Positions 1 to 9,893 of a DNA stretch of 64,000 nt are shown here, piece after piece. Position 1 is the stretch's first letter, and the number at the start of each line of letters is the position of its first letter. A program made the position numbers and the translations under genes. The notes beneath the pieces are model-generated. The model saw only the letters and a list, made by a program, of their open reading frames with translations, made no database searches and was not told the origin of the DNA. Source of the stretch: Bacteroidia bacterium (GTDB lineage Bacteria; Bacteroidota; Bacteroidia; Chitinophagales; JAUHXS01); the NCBI GenBank assembly GCA_030426955.1, contig JAUHXS010000005.1, positions 49,790 to 113,789 of the forward strand, in the 5' to 3' direction.

Positions 1-829
1 AGATACATTAATAATAAACGATAATGAGTTAATAAGTACTGGTGCAAGCGATGCTTTTGTAGCAAAGATGAAGTTTAATGCCAATATCAACTTTCCATTA
101 TCAGATACCATCTTTTGCAATTTAGAAAATGCGTCTATTAATATTGGCAATCCAATGGAATCAGGGTTGGAATATACTTGGGAGCCTGCAATAAATCTAT
201 CCGATAGCAGTAGCTCGGATCCACTAGCTACTATTGATACAACAACAACATTTTATGTAAATATAGAAGGGGAAAATTGTGCCTCTTATGAAGACTCTCT
301 TACCATTTATATAGCTCCTCCTTTAGTAGGTGGTGCTTGTTGTGATACTGTAGTTAAGAAGGGAACAGAGGTTACAAGCATAGCAGAAGGCGGTGCTTCT
401 TATCAGTGGCAAGCTGCTGAAGGAGAAATATTAAGCAACGAGCAAGAGGTTTCCCTAGTGGTTGATGACGTAACAAAGCTCTTTGTAAATATTGTTGATT
501 CGAATAGTTGCGAGCACCTTGACTCTGTTTTGATAGATATCATATTACCTGATATGGCACTGTTTGTACCTAATGCTTTTTCTCCAGATCAAAGGGGAGA
601 AAATAAACAGTTTGTAACTATTGTAGAAGGCTATGAAGATTACCATTTAGCTATATATGATCGATTAGGAAAATTAGTTTTTGAATCATTTGACCAAACA
701 AACAAATGGATTGGAGCGGATAACCAAGGAATCAAAGTTGGAGAGGGTGTGTATCAGTACCAGTTGAAAGTAGTTGATAATAAAAATGAATTGATATATC
801 AAAAAGGAAACATTACTTTATTGAGGTAG
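1..829 (+). CDS. T9SS type-B (gliding motility-associated/CHU_C) CTD surface protein, 5' truncated by window edge
   Basis: Frame is open from nt 2 (DTLIINDNELISTGASDAFVAK) into ORF 68..829; C-terminus FVPNAFSPDQ...IYDRLGKLVF...W...G.Y.Y...KGNITLLR is the type-B CTD pattern. Confidence 0.85.
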   Translation, partial: DTLIINDNELISTGASDAFVAKMKFNANINFPLSDTIFCNLENASINIGNPMESGLEYTWEPAINLSDSSSSDPLATIDTTTTFYVNIEGENCASYEDSLTIYIAPPLVGGACCDTVVKKGTEVTSIAEGGASYQWQAAEGEILSNEQEVSLVVDDVTKLFVNIVDSNSCEHLDSVLIDIILPDMALFVPNAFSPDQRGENKQFVTIVEGYEDYHLAIYDRLGKLVFESFDQTNKWIGADNQGIKVGEGVYQYQLKVVDNKNELIYQKGNITLLR

Positions 830-834
830 AGCGG

Positions 835-2643
835 TTAAAACAATTTCTCCAACTCATCAACCCCCAAAACCTTGATTACCCTTTTCCCATCGGGTGTATA
901 TTGAGGATTTTCGCACTCGAATAAAGATTGCAACAAGGCATCCATTTCTGATGAAGCTAGCTTTTTCCCTTTTTTAATAGAGGATGACTTGGCTAAAGAT
1001 CGTAACATGATTTCTCTATTAGAAAGCTTTAAATTGTTTTGACTGTTTTTAAACTGCTCTAACAATTGCTCTATCAAATATTCAGGATTTGCGTCTGTAA
1101 TATCTGCTGGAATCCCATTGATGATAAAAGCATTTTTGCCAAACTCCTCGATATCAAATCCCAGAGCATTAACGTCTTCTAAAATATCTTTCATTAGAGT
1201 GGCATCTGATGCTGTTAACTCAATGGTTTTGGTAAACAGCTCTTTCTGGGTGGTGGAATCATTGTTCTCAAGAGAGCTAAATAGCGCATCATACAAGATT
1301 CGTTCATGAGCATGCTGCTGATGTACAATAACCATTCCTGTTTTTGTTTGAGCAACAATGTATGTCTGATGAATTTGAATTGGATTAAAAAAATCCTCTG
1401 TCGGAGCGACTGTTTCTTGTTGACTTTTTTCTGTCTCAAAAAGTTCTTTTTCAACTTGGGTTGGAATACTCGGCTTAGACGCCACTTTATAAAGCTCCTC
1501 CCAATTATCGACATTTTTGGTATGAAGACTTGTATTTCTAAACGACGAGGAAGTAGAAACATTTGTTGCTTTCAAATCCTTAGGTGGACCTTTTACTACA
1601 CTTGGTAAAGAACTAAAAGTTGTTTCTTGTTCAAAGTCTAAAGTAGGTGTTACGCTATATTGACCTAGTGCATGTTTTACCGCAGAATTGACAAAAGCGT
1701 AGACAATCTTCTCATCATCAAACTTGATTTCTTGTTTGGTTGGATGCACATTAATGTCAATCCGCTTAGGATCAATCTCAAGCGATAAAATATATAACGG
1801 ATAAGTCTTACTTGGCAAAATATCTTCAAAAGCACCCATGACCGCGTGATTTAAGTAAGCACTTTTGATAAATCGATTATTCACAAAGAAAAACTGCTCT
1901 CCCCTGGTCTTTTTGGCAAATTCCGCCTTACCAATGAATCCGGAAATATTAACTACCTCTGTTTTTTCTTCAACAGGTACTAACTTCTGATTGTATCGAT
2001 CACCAAAAATCGCAATAATACGCTGGCGTAGATTGCCACTTTTTAAACGAAAAACTTCCAAATCATCGTGATATAAGTCAAAAGAAATTTCTGGATGTAT
2101 CAAGGCAATTCTCTGAAACTCGTCAATGATGTGACGCATCTCGACTGAGTTCGACTTCAAAAAATTTCTTCTGGCCGGCACATTAAAGAAAAGATTTTTT
2201 ACCGCTATTGAAGTACCTGGATTACTTTGACATGCTTCCTGAGATTTAACCTCCGTTCCTTGAATATTTATCTTTGTGCCTAAGTCTTCATCGTGCTTTT
2301 TGGACTTTAATTCCACTTGGGCAATCGCCGCAATGGATGCCAATGCCTCTCCCCGAAATCCCATTGTCCTAATCTCGAAGAGATCATCTACACTCTTTAT
2401 CTTGGATGTAGCATGCTTTTCAAAGCACATTCTGGCATCTGTTTCAGACATACCACAACCATTGTCAATAACTTGGATGAGCTTACTTCCTGCCTCTTTT
2501 ACAATTAATTTAATGTAAGTCGCCCCTGCATCTATGGCATTTTCCATCAACTCCTTTACAGCTGAGGAAGGTCTTTGTATAACCTCTCCTGCTGCAATTT
2601 GATTGGCTACTGGATCAGGAAGTAAATTGATAATATCTGCCAT
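835..2643 (-). CDS. mutL: DNA mismatch repair endonuclease MutL
   Basis: NQIAAGEVIQRP, KELMENAIDAGA, GFRGEALASI, DINVHPTK, C-terminal HQQHAHERILY. Confidence 0.97.
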   Translation of the reverse strand: MADIINLLPDPVANQIAAGEVIQRPSSAVKELMENAIDAGATYIKLIVKEAGSKLIQVIDNGCGMSETDARMCFEKHATSKIKSVDDLFEIRTMGFRGEALASIAAIAQVELKSKKHDEDLGTKINIQGTEVKSQEACQSNPGTSIAVKNLFFNVPARRNFLKSNSVEMRHIIDEFQRIALIHPEISFDLYHDDLEVFRLKSGNLRQRIIAIFGDRYNQKLVPVEEKTEVVNISGFIGKAEFAKKTRGEQFFFVNNRFIKSAYLNHAVMGAFEDILPSKTYPLYILSLEIDPKRIDINVHPTKQEIKFDDEKIVYAFVNSAVKHALGQYSVTPTLDFEQETTFSSLPSVVKGPPKDLKATNVSTSSSFRNTSLHTKNVDNWEELYKVASKPSIPTQVEKELFETEKSQQETVAPTEDFFNPIQIHQTYIVAQTKTGMVIVHQQHAHERILYDALFSSLENNDSTTQKELFTKTIELTASDATLMKDILEDVNALGFDIEEFGKNAFIINGIPADITDANPEYLIEQLLEQFKNSQNNLKLSNREIMLRSLAKSSSIKKGKKLASSEMDALLQSLFECENPQYTPDGKRVIKVLGVDELEKLF

Positions 2644-2646
2644 GGA

Positions 2647-2913
2647 CTAAAAGTATAGAAAGTATGCTAGTAAAGATAATATGATAATAATTACGACAAG
2701 TCGCCTAGTTCGGTTTTGGTTTGATCTTCTTAACGAGCTTCGGTGTGTTTGATACAACTTGGCAATTTCTGTTTTATGCTGTATTCCTGCTGAGTGCTCT
2801 TTTTCTGATGCAGCTATCCGCTCCTCTAATTCTTCCTTAATGGGATCAAAATACAAAGGCTGATATTCAAATCGTCTAAACTTTGGAAGTCGGAAAAACT
2901 TTGAAAACATCAT
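2647..2913 (-). CDS. small hypothetical protein with C-terminal transmembrane helix
   Basis: ORF 2647..2961; start moved to ATG 2913 (MMFSKFF) because a perfect TATCTTTG -7 box lies at 2918-2925; hydrophobic C-terminus LVVIIIILSLLAYFLYF; 3 nt upstream of mutL. Confidence 0.7.
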   Translation of the reverse strand: MMFSKFFRLPKFRRFEYQPLYFDPIKEELEERIAASEKEHSAGIQHKTEIAKLYQTHRSSLRRSNQNRTRRLVVIIIILSLLAYFLYF

Positions 2914-2917
2914 ACTA

Positions 2918-2925
2918 CAAAGATA
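2918..2925 (-). promoter_or_regulatory. Bacteroidota sigma-A -7 element (TATCTTTG) for hyp-mutL
   Basis: CAAAGATA on + strand = TAnnTTTG consensus, 4 nt before ATG 2913. Confidence 0.65.
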
Positions 2926-3017
2926 ATCATTTGCGATTTGATCCATTGAAGACTGCAGCAAATAAATTTATGGACAATTCGTACAAAAGAACTAATTTTA
3001 AAGTCTAAATCAACAAC

Positions 3018-4454
3018 ATGCTCAGGCAGCGGTTAAGCCAAAAACTTCTTCAAAAATTATCTCCTCAGCAGATTCAGCTGATGAAGTTGTTGCAGGTACC
3101 GACTTTGATGTTGGATCAACGTATTAAAGATGAGCTAGAGGCCAACCCAGCTTTGGAAGAGGGCTCAGGTGAAGATAATGATCAATTGGAGGAGGGTCCT
3201 TTGAGCGATGAACTGGATATGAGCGATTACTTGTCAGGTGATGATGAGAGCATTGCTTACAAAATGCGTTCACGCAGTTCAGGAAGTAGTGAAGATGATA
3301 ATAAAAAGATTCCCATTCCAGTATCCAATACCTTTCATGAACACCTTGATCAACAACTTGGCTTAAAAGATCTGGATGAAAAAGATTATCTAATTGCTAA
3401 ACAAATCATCGGAAGTATAGATGAAGATGGCTATCTCAGAAGAGAAATAGAAGCTATTACTGATGACTTGGCTTTTGCACAAAACATCATTGTATCTGAA
3501 GAAGAAGTTTGCAAAGTGCTTGAAGTGGTTCAGACATTTGATCCAATTGGTGTTGGAGCAAGGGACTTGCAAGAAAGTCTGCTCATTCAATTAAAGCGCA
3601 AGTCTAAAAAAGACGATGCCTATGCCATCGCAATCGAAATAGTCAAAGATCACTTTGAAGATTTTGCCAAAAAGCATTACGAAAAGCTGATGAGCAAGCT
3701 CAATATTAATGATAATGACTTAAAAGATGCGGTAGAAGATATTCGAAGCCTAAACCCAAAGCCGGCAAGTGGTTACTCAGAAAATACAGGTGGTAAAAGT
3801 ATTCAACATGTTATTCCTGATTTTACGATAATTAATAACCAAGGTGAGCTAGAAATAATTCTCAATTCTAAAAATGCTCCTGAGCTCAATATTAGCGAAT
3901 CTTATAAATCTATGTTAGCATCCTATGAAGCTTCAAAGAAAAAAGATAAGCAACAAAAAGAAGCTGTTTTATTTATTAAGCAGAAACTAGATGCAGCTCA
4001 GTGGTTTATTGATGCCATTCGACAAAGACAAGCCACACTAAATGCAACAATGGGGGCTATTTTAGAATATCAGTATGACTACTTTCTGACTGGTGATGAA
4101 ACAAAACTGAAGCCAATGGTTTTAAAAAACATTGCTGACTTGACGGGTCTTGATGTGTCTACTGTATCAAGGGTGACAAGCAGCAAGTACGTTCAAACAG
4201 AGTTTGGCACAAAGCTTTTGAAGTATTTCTTTTCAGAAGGCATTCAAAACGAAGATGGAGAGGAAGTCTCCACCAAAGAGGTTAAAAGCAAGTTGGCAGA
4301 ATTTGTCGAAAATGAAAACAAGAAAAAACCATTATCAGATCAAGCGTTGATGGATATGTTGAAGGAAGAAGGGTATAATATTGCTCGTAGAACCGTTGCT
4401 AAATATAGAGAACAACTTAATATACCGGTAGCAAGATTGAGAAAAGAAATATAG
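3018..4454 (+). CDS. rpoN: RNA polymerase sigma-54 factor
   Basis: Gln/Leu-rich region I (QKLSPQQIQLMKLLQ), STVSR HTH, RpoN box ARRTVAKYRE. Confidence 0.97.
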   Translation: MLRQRLSQKLLQKLSPQQIQLMKLLQVPTLMLDQRIKDELEANPALEEGSGEDNDQLEEGPLSDELDMSDYLSGDDESIAYKMRSRSSGSSEDDNKKIPIPVSNTFHEHLDQQLGLKDLDEKDYLIAKQIIGSIDEDGYLRREIEAITDDLAFAQNIIVSEEEVCKVLEVVQTFDPIGVGARDLQESLLIQLKRKSKKDDAYAIAIEIVKDHFEDFAKKHYEKLMSKLNINDNDLKDAVEDIRSLNPKPASGYSENTGGKSIQHVIPDFTIINNQGELEIILNSKNAPELNISESYKSMLASYEASKKKDKQQKEAVLFIKQKLDAAQWFIDAIRQRQATLNATMGAILEYQYDYFLTGDETKLKPMVLKNIADLTGLDVSTVSRVTSSKYVQTEFGTKLLKYFFSEGIQNEDGEEVSTKEVKSKLAEFVENENKKKPLSDQALMDMLKEEGYNIARRTVAKYREQLNIPVARLRKEI

Positions 4455-4504
4455 CTAGGTGATAATGGGTAGTAGAGAAATAAAGTGTAAAGTAGCTCAT
4501 TACA

Positions 4505-4626
4505 ACCTTCTAAAGCATACTGTCATTTCGACGTTAGGAGAAATCTAACTTTTTGTTTTATTAAAGGTAGATTTTTCACTCCGTTCAAAATGACAAAAAT
4601 GTTTATTTCTATTGGTTTTAGAAGGT
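4505..4626. repeat. MITE/REP-like nested inverted-repeat element
   Basis: Outer perfect IR ACCTTCTAAA (4505-4514)/TTTAGAAGGT (4617-4626); inner IR TGTCATTTCGA (4521-4531)/TCAAAATGACA (4585-4595); third IR GAGAAATCTA (4538-4547)/TAGATTTTTC (4568-4577). Confidence 0.65.
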
Positions 4627-4682
4627 CTTAATTTATTAGTAAATTAGTTCAATCTTAAAACCGTACTGATTTAGTAAATATA

Positions 4683-5288
4683 ATGCGAACAACAGCAAAA
4701 ATCTTATCCTATTTATTTCACCCGCTACTCATTCCTACCTACGCCTTTTTACTGGCATTTACCTTTAGTCCAGGTCTTCTGTTCTATTTGGACTCTCAGG
4801 GTGTAGCGAATATCTTTTTAAAGATATTCTTTAATACGTTTTTCTTTCCCGTGATTGTTGTCTTTTTAATGAGCAAATTGGAATTTGTAGACAGTATATT
4901 CCTTAAAACCAAGAAAGAAAGAATCATACCGTATATTGGAGTATCTGTATTTTTTTCCTGGAGTGTCATTACTTTTCGGAATATGTCTGTCCCACCGATA
5001 TTATTTCAGATTTTACTAGGAGCAACTATTGCTATCTTTGTGGCATTCATCGTAAACATTTTCACTAAAATCAGCATGCATACAACTGCTATGGGTTCAC
5101 TAGTGATTGTTACCTTATCCTTATCCTTAACTTCTGATTTTAATCTCAAACTTTTATTGATGGCAGTTTTTGTTATTGCAGGCTTAGTAGGCACTTGCAG
5201 ATTATTATTGGATCGTCACAAACCGTATGATGTTTACTTAGGATACTTTGTTGGTATCATTAGCCAAATAGTGGCTTTTAATTTTTAA
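4683..5288 (+). CDS. PAP2-like integral membrane protein
   Basis: About 6 hydrophobic segments; KISMH and CRLLLDRHKPYDVYLGY resemble PAP2 C2/C3 motifs. Confidence 0.7.
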   Translation: MRTTAKILSYLFHPLLIPTYAFLLAFTFSPGLLFYLDSQGVANIFLKIFFNTFFFPVIVVFLMSKLEFVDSIFLKTKKERIIPYIGVSVFFSWSVITFRNMSVPPILFQILLGATIAIFVAFIVNIFTKISMHTTAMGSLVIVTLSLSLTSDFNLKLLLMAVFVIAGLVGTCRLLLDRHKPYDVYLGYFVGIISQIVAFNF

Positions 5289-5298
5289 ACCTAGAACT

Positions 5299-6078
5299 AT
5301 GTTTAACGCTTTATTACTTGAGATAGAAAATGGAATTGGCAAAATCACGCTAAATCGTCCTGACTTTTACAATGCTTTTAATGACGAGATGAGTTATGAA
5401 ATGCAAGATGCATTAAAACAGGTTGCGAAAAACCCAGATGTCAGAGTAGTTGTTATTACAGGAGCAGGTAAAGCATTTTGCTCCGGACAAGATTTAAAAG
5501 CTATTTCAGGAGCTAAAAATAGGAGTTTGTCAGATTCTCTCTACAAAAGATACAACCCTATTATAAAAGCCATGCGTAATATGCCGAAACCGATCATTGG
5601 AAGAATAAACGGTGTAGCTGCAGGAGCAGGATGTTCATTAGCTTTGGCTTGTGATATGACTGTTGCATCTGAAAAGGCATCTTTAATTGAAGTTTTCGTG
5701 AATGTTGGATTGGTTTTGGATTCAGGATCTTCTTACTTTTTACCAAGGCTCGTAGGTTTTGCTAAAGCGTTTGAATTGGCTACTATGGGCTCTAAAGTAA
5801 CCGCTCAAGAAGCACTCAATTTAGGGATGATAAATAAAGTTGCTCCTGAAGAAGAATTAGACAACGCAGTAAAAGAATTAACTGATTATTATTCTAAAGC
5901 ACCAACTAAAGCCATTGCACTGATGAAGAACATGCTGAATAAATCGTTCCATTCTGATTTAGAGGAGATGTTACAATATGAAGCGTATTGTCAAGAAATT
6001 GCTGGTAATAGTAATGACTATAAAGAAGGAGTTCAAGCTTTTGTAGAGAAGAGGAAGCCTGAGTTTAAAGGAGTGTAG
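5299..6078 (+). CDS. enoyl-CoA hydratase/isomerase (crotonase fold, PaaG-like)
   Basis: AFCSGQDL, NGVAAGAGCSLALACD, VGLVLDSG, EGVQAFVEKRKP. Confidence 0.85.
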   Translation: MFNALLLEIENGIGKITLNRPDFYNAFNDEMSYEMQDALKQVAKNPDVRVVVITGAGKAFCSGQDLKAISGAKNRSLSDSLYKRYNPIIKAMRNMPKPIIGRINGVAAGAGCSLALACDMTVASEKASLIEVFVNVGLVLDSGSSYFLPRLVGFAKAFELATMGSKVTAQEALNLGMINKVAPEEELDNAVKELTDYYSKAPTKAIALMKNMLNKSFHSDLEEMLQYEAYCQEIAGNSNDYKEGVQAFVEKRKPEFKGV

Positions 6079-6084
6079 CATTTG

Positions 6085-7665
6085 TTACTTTAAATAACGT
6101 AGCCCTAGATTCACGGTGCTTCCTGCGCCACCATTAATTGATGCAAAGAAATTACTAAGTAACAGTTCTACATTTAGGCTTTCGGATAACTGATACTTTC
6201 CACCTATGCCAACTTGTGCATAAGCTGACGATGGTAAAAAGTTATTTCTATCAAATTCAAAACTAGGCGCTATTTGTATCATGGAATATATTGTGGACTT
6301 ATTAGAAGGAAAATAGCTTAAAAATGAACTGATTGGCGTTGATAGGATAGACTTTTTAGCTACTTGATTGTGGTATTTTTTATTGCTTTTAGCGATTCTA
6401 AATAATAAGTCTGCTTCAGAAAATAACCGCCATTTTACGCCAATTTTTTTATCTAGAAAGAATTGATTCCACCAGGTATATCTGTTGTAAGATAGCCATG
6501 GTTGATTTAGCGAGTCAGACTCTAGATCATTGGTTACAGGAAACCAAAACGCACTTTGTATAGAAAACCCTGACCATTTTTTGATTGGTTGAAGTTTAAC
6601 TTTAGGCCCAAGAGAAGTTATCGTTGTTCTAGAAATAGAATCGTTGTGAAACTTAAGCACTTTGAAAAGTGAGCTATTGGGGTTGGGGTCTATCCTTACC
6701 GATTTAAAGTTTGCATCTATTCCTATATTTAGATTTCTTTTTGAGGTTATTCCAATTAGAAAATAAAATAAAGCAGTATAATAGGTATCTCTTGATCCTA
6801 GTTTAACCCTTTTGCCATCGCTTCCTCGAAAAGCATTTTGGGTATAGATATTATTAAATAATTGCGTTTCAAACTGTCCTTTTTTAAGGAGGACAGAAGG
6901 AGTGTAAGCTTGAATGTTAGACACGCCTTTACCCATTCGTTGCTCATTAAGATTCCAGTCATATTCATAGTATTCTACTCGATAGCTATTAGGAATTTTT
7001 TCTGTTCTATATTGATTAATATAATCAATTATACTACTTTCTTTGCTTGCAAAATCAGACTGATACCAATTAAATATCTCTGATATGATAACTTTACTAT
7101 CAGCACTTTTAACACGAATAAATGAACTTTCGTTTAGCGCCGATACGGTCTTCAATTCTATTTGATCGTCCAGCCGACTTGGTAAATACGCTTCATTCGA
7201 TATCTTTGGGCATCCAATGGCGCCACATACCAAAACAAAGTGCAACCTAGGGTCTTGATATACTCTAAGCAGAAGGTCTTTTTCTAGTTCATTCAACGAT
7301 ATTTTTTTATTGAATAAGTAGTAAGATTTTTGAGTAAAAAAGTTGTTTATGCTTTGAGGCGAGGTAGCAGGGTATTTTTCAACTATTCCTTTTATTACAA
7401 ATAGATTATAGGAGTTAATTAGAAATGCTTTTTTATCATCTTCAGCTAATAAAGCTTCTTTCGTGTTTTTGATGAATGAAATTAAGCTATCTAATTCACT
7501 AGGCTTGTCAACAATAGATTTGTAATCAACAAGCCCATCTTGAACATACCTTAGAAAAAAGGTATCGGCTTTATTCCAAAACGAATGAATGTTTTCAAGT
7601 CCAAAAGAAGAATTGTTAAAAGAAAACAAAAGCAGAAATAATATAAAACGTGGTTTGACAGTCAT
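6085..7665 (-). CDS. secreted DUF547-domain protein fused to a putative C-terminal beta-barrel
   Basis: Signal peptide; DUF547 motifs AFLINSYN, DPRLHFVLVCGAIGCP, YEYDWNLN; alternating beta-strand C-terminal half ending VNLGLRYLK. Confidence 0.7.
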   Translation of the reverse strand: MTVKPRFILFLLLFSFNNSSFGLENIHSFWNKADTFFLRYVQDGLVDYKSIVDKPSELDSLISFIKNTKEALLAEDDKKAFLINSYNLFVIKGIVEKYPATSPQSINNFFTQKSYYLFNKKISLNELEKDLLLRVYQDPRLHFVLVCGAIGCPKISNEAYLPSRLDDQIELKTVSALNESSFIRVKSADSKVIISEIFNWYQSDFASKESSIIDYINQYRTEKIPNSYRVEYYEYDWNLNEQRMGKGVSNIQAYTPSVLLKKGQFETQLFNNIYTQNAFRGSDGKRVKLGSRDTYYTALFYFLIGITSKRNLNIGIDANFKSVRIDPNPNSSLFKVLKFHNDSISRTTITSLGPKVKLQPIKKWSGFSIQSAFWFPVTNDLESDSLNQPWLSYNRYTWWNQFFLDKKIGVKWRLFSEADLLFRIAKSNKKYHNQVAKKSILSTPISSFLSYFPSNKSTIYSMIQIAPSFEFDRNNFLPSSAYAQVGIGGKYQLSESLNVELLLSNFFASINGGAGSTVNLGLRYLK

Positions 7666-9137
7666 GCCATTTTGGTGTGTTTAATTGAGTAATAGGCAAC
7701 ACTGGCAAATCCAAAAGCCAAAAATGTATGAAATAGTAGTAAGTAGAAATCCTTAAAATGAAAACTAAGCACCACTCCAAAGGTAAAGTAAGCTGCTAAT
7801 AAAGCCTCTAAAAAAGATAAAGGGTTTATCTTCTTAATTACATAAATATTTTCTTTCCAGCTATCTGAAGATTGATTGACATTGAGTTTAGGTGTCCGAA
7901 CAAAAGGCGTTTTTCTGCCAATATAGCCTTCAATGACTGCTATAGTATTGTGTAATGAAAGCCCCATCGAAATACATAGAAACAAAGGAAACCTAGCAAG
8001 AAAAATTCTCATTCGACAACTCAGTCGTGTATAATCTCTGGATAAAGAGCTCCAATAGTATATACCTAAAGATAACAATCCAAAAAGAAATATAGAGGCG
8101 ATATCAAATATGTAGGCATATTGAAATTGATACTGGTTTTTCATGATCAGCAAAGGAATGCTGACTAAGGCTGTTAAGAGTACACAAACAAAAATGAAGC
8201 TATTCATCAGGTGGAAACAAGCGTGAAGCTTAGTTGAAAATGGCAATTCTGACCGTAAAACTTTTCCTAAATTCTTCTTTGCTGTCTCTGCAGCACCTTT
8301 CGTCCATCGATACTGTTGAGACTTTAATGCATTCATTTCAGCAGGAAGTTCTGCAGGTGCATTTACTTCTTCTAAAAACTTAAACTGCCATCCTTTTAAT
8401 TGCGCTCTATAACTCAAGTCCAGATCTTCTGTTAAAGTATCTGACTGCCATCCCCCAGCATCTTCAATGCACTCTTTGCGCCAAACTCCAGCAGTGCCAT
8501 TAAAGTTGATAAAATAGCCTCCTTCATTTCTGCCTTTTTGTTCTACCGAAAAGTGTGCATCTAAACCAAAAGCCTGAAGCTTGGTTAGCATAGAATAGTC
8601 TTTATTAAGGTGCCCCCATCTGGTTTGTACAACCCCTACTTTATCGCTATCAAATTTTGGAATGGTTCTTTTTAAAAAGTCTGTATGTGGCACAAAGTCT
8701 GCATCAAAAATAGCGATGTAGTCCCCTTTGGCAGATCTTAACCCCTCCTGCAAAGCTCCAGCTTTGAAACCAGCTCTATTTATCCTTCTAATTTGTTTAA
8801 TATCTATTCCTTTTGTCTGCCATTTTTCAACGCATTCTTTTACTACATCAACTGTATCATCGGTTGAGTCATCTAAAACTTGGATTTCAAGCTTATCAAC
8901 TGGATAATCTAAGTTTGCGACGGTATCAACTAGTCGCTTAACAACGTATAATTCATTATAAATAGGAAGTTGCACAGTTACCATTGGAAAGGCATTCTCT
9001 TTTCCTTTAGTGTCTTTATTTTCACATACCTTCTTGCAAGCTTTTCGGTAATTATAGACAAGGTGTATTTGAATAAAGCTGTAACAGAATATAAAGCTCA
9101 GTGCACCAATATATATAACGATTAGAAAAAGTGCCAT
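7662..9137 (-). CDS. processive GT2 glycosyltransferase (cellulose synthase-like/CslA type)
   Basis: VQLPIYNE, LDDS, FKAGAL, IFDADF, TEDLDL, QQYRW (D,D,D,QxxRW) plus several TM helices. Confidence 0.92.
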   Translation of the reverse strand: MALFLIVIYIGALSFIFCYSFIQIHLVYNYRKACKKVCENKDTKGKENAFPMVTVQLPIYNELYVVKRLVDTVANLDYPVDKLEIQVLDDSTDDTVDVVKECVEKWQTKGIDIKQIRRINRAGFKAGALQEGLRSAKGDYIAIFDADFVPHTDFLKRTIPKFDSDKVGVVQTRWGHLNKDYSMLTKLQAFGLDAHFSVEQKGRNEGGYFINFNGTAGVWRKECIEDAGGWQSDTLTEDLDLSYRAQLKGWQFKFLEEVNAPAELPAEMNALKSQQYRWTKGAAETAKKNLGKVLRSELPFSTKLHACFHLMNSFIFVCVLLTALVSIPLLIMKNQYQFQYAYIFDIASIFLFGLLSLGIYYWSSLSRDYTRLSCRMRIFLARFPLFLCISMGLSLHNTIAVIEGYIGRKTPFVRTPKLNVNQSSDSWKENIYVIKKINPLSFLEALLAAYFTFGVVLSFHFKDFYLLLFHTFLAFGFASVAYYSIKHTKMA

Positions 9138-9139
9138 TC

Positions 9140-9823
9140 TTACAAATATCTGAAGATAGTATACAAAATCTTATATCCAGCCAATACAGTGCCTTTTACC
9201 GTACCCGTTATTTTAGAAACACCGATCCTTTTGCGGTATTTAACTGGTACTTCAATGCACCTTAACCCTTGTTTTAATGCTTTTAGCTGCATCTCTACTG
9301 TCCATCCATAAGTTTGATCCTGCATTTTTAATGCCAACAACTTATCAAACTTAATTGCTCTAAACGGTCCAAGATCAGTAAACTTCCCGCCGTATATTAT
9401 TTTCAAGAGTGTTGTTGCCAGCCAGTTGCCAAATATTTGTTGTGGTAACATGGCACCTTTTTCCTTATTACCAAGTGCTCTAGAACCAATGACCATGTCT
9501 GCTTTATTATCCAAAATGGGTTGCACAACTTCGTGACATTCTTCGGGATAATCTGAATAATCTGCATCTAGAAAAATAACCGCTTCCACTCGGGGGCTTC
9601 GTTGCCTTACGTATTCGATTCCCCTTAAGCAAGCTGCGCCATACCCTTGAAATGTTTCTTCTAAGACAGTAGCACCGCAATCTGCAGCAATTTGAGCGGT
9701 ATTGTCTGTAGAGTTGTTATTTACTACAATAACCTCTTTTACTAGGTCTTTTGGAATATCTTTAATCACATTTCCAACCGAACCTGATTCATTAAAAGCA
9801 GGAATGATAACTACTATTTCCAA
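9140..9823 (-). CDS. GT2 glycosyltransferase (polyprenol-phosphate glycosyltransferase-like)
   Basis: IIPAFNE, VVNNNSTD, GYG, FLDAD, VIGSR, FTDLGPFRAI; TTG start. Confidence 0.9.
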   Translation of the reverse strand: MEIVVIIPAFNESGSVGNVIKDIPKDLVKEVIVVNNNSTDNTAQIAADCGATVLEETFQGYGAACLRGIEYVRQRSPRVEAVIFLDADYSDYPEECHEVVQPILDNKADMVIGSRALGNKEKGAMLPQQIFGNWLATTLLKIIYGGKFTDLGPFRAIKFDKLLALKMQDQTYGWTVEMQLKALKQGLRCIEVPVKYRKRIGVSKITGTVKGTVLAGYKILYTIFRYL

Positions 9824-9893
9824 AAATGAATGTTGTGCAAATTGAAAATTATATTGACCAAACCGTTAATCTAAAGTAAAAGTTCCACAATGG

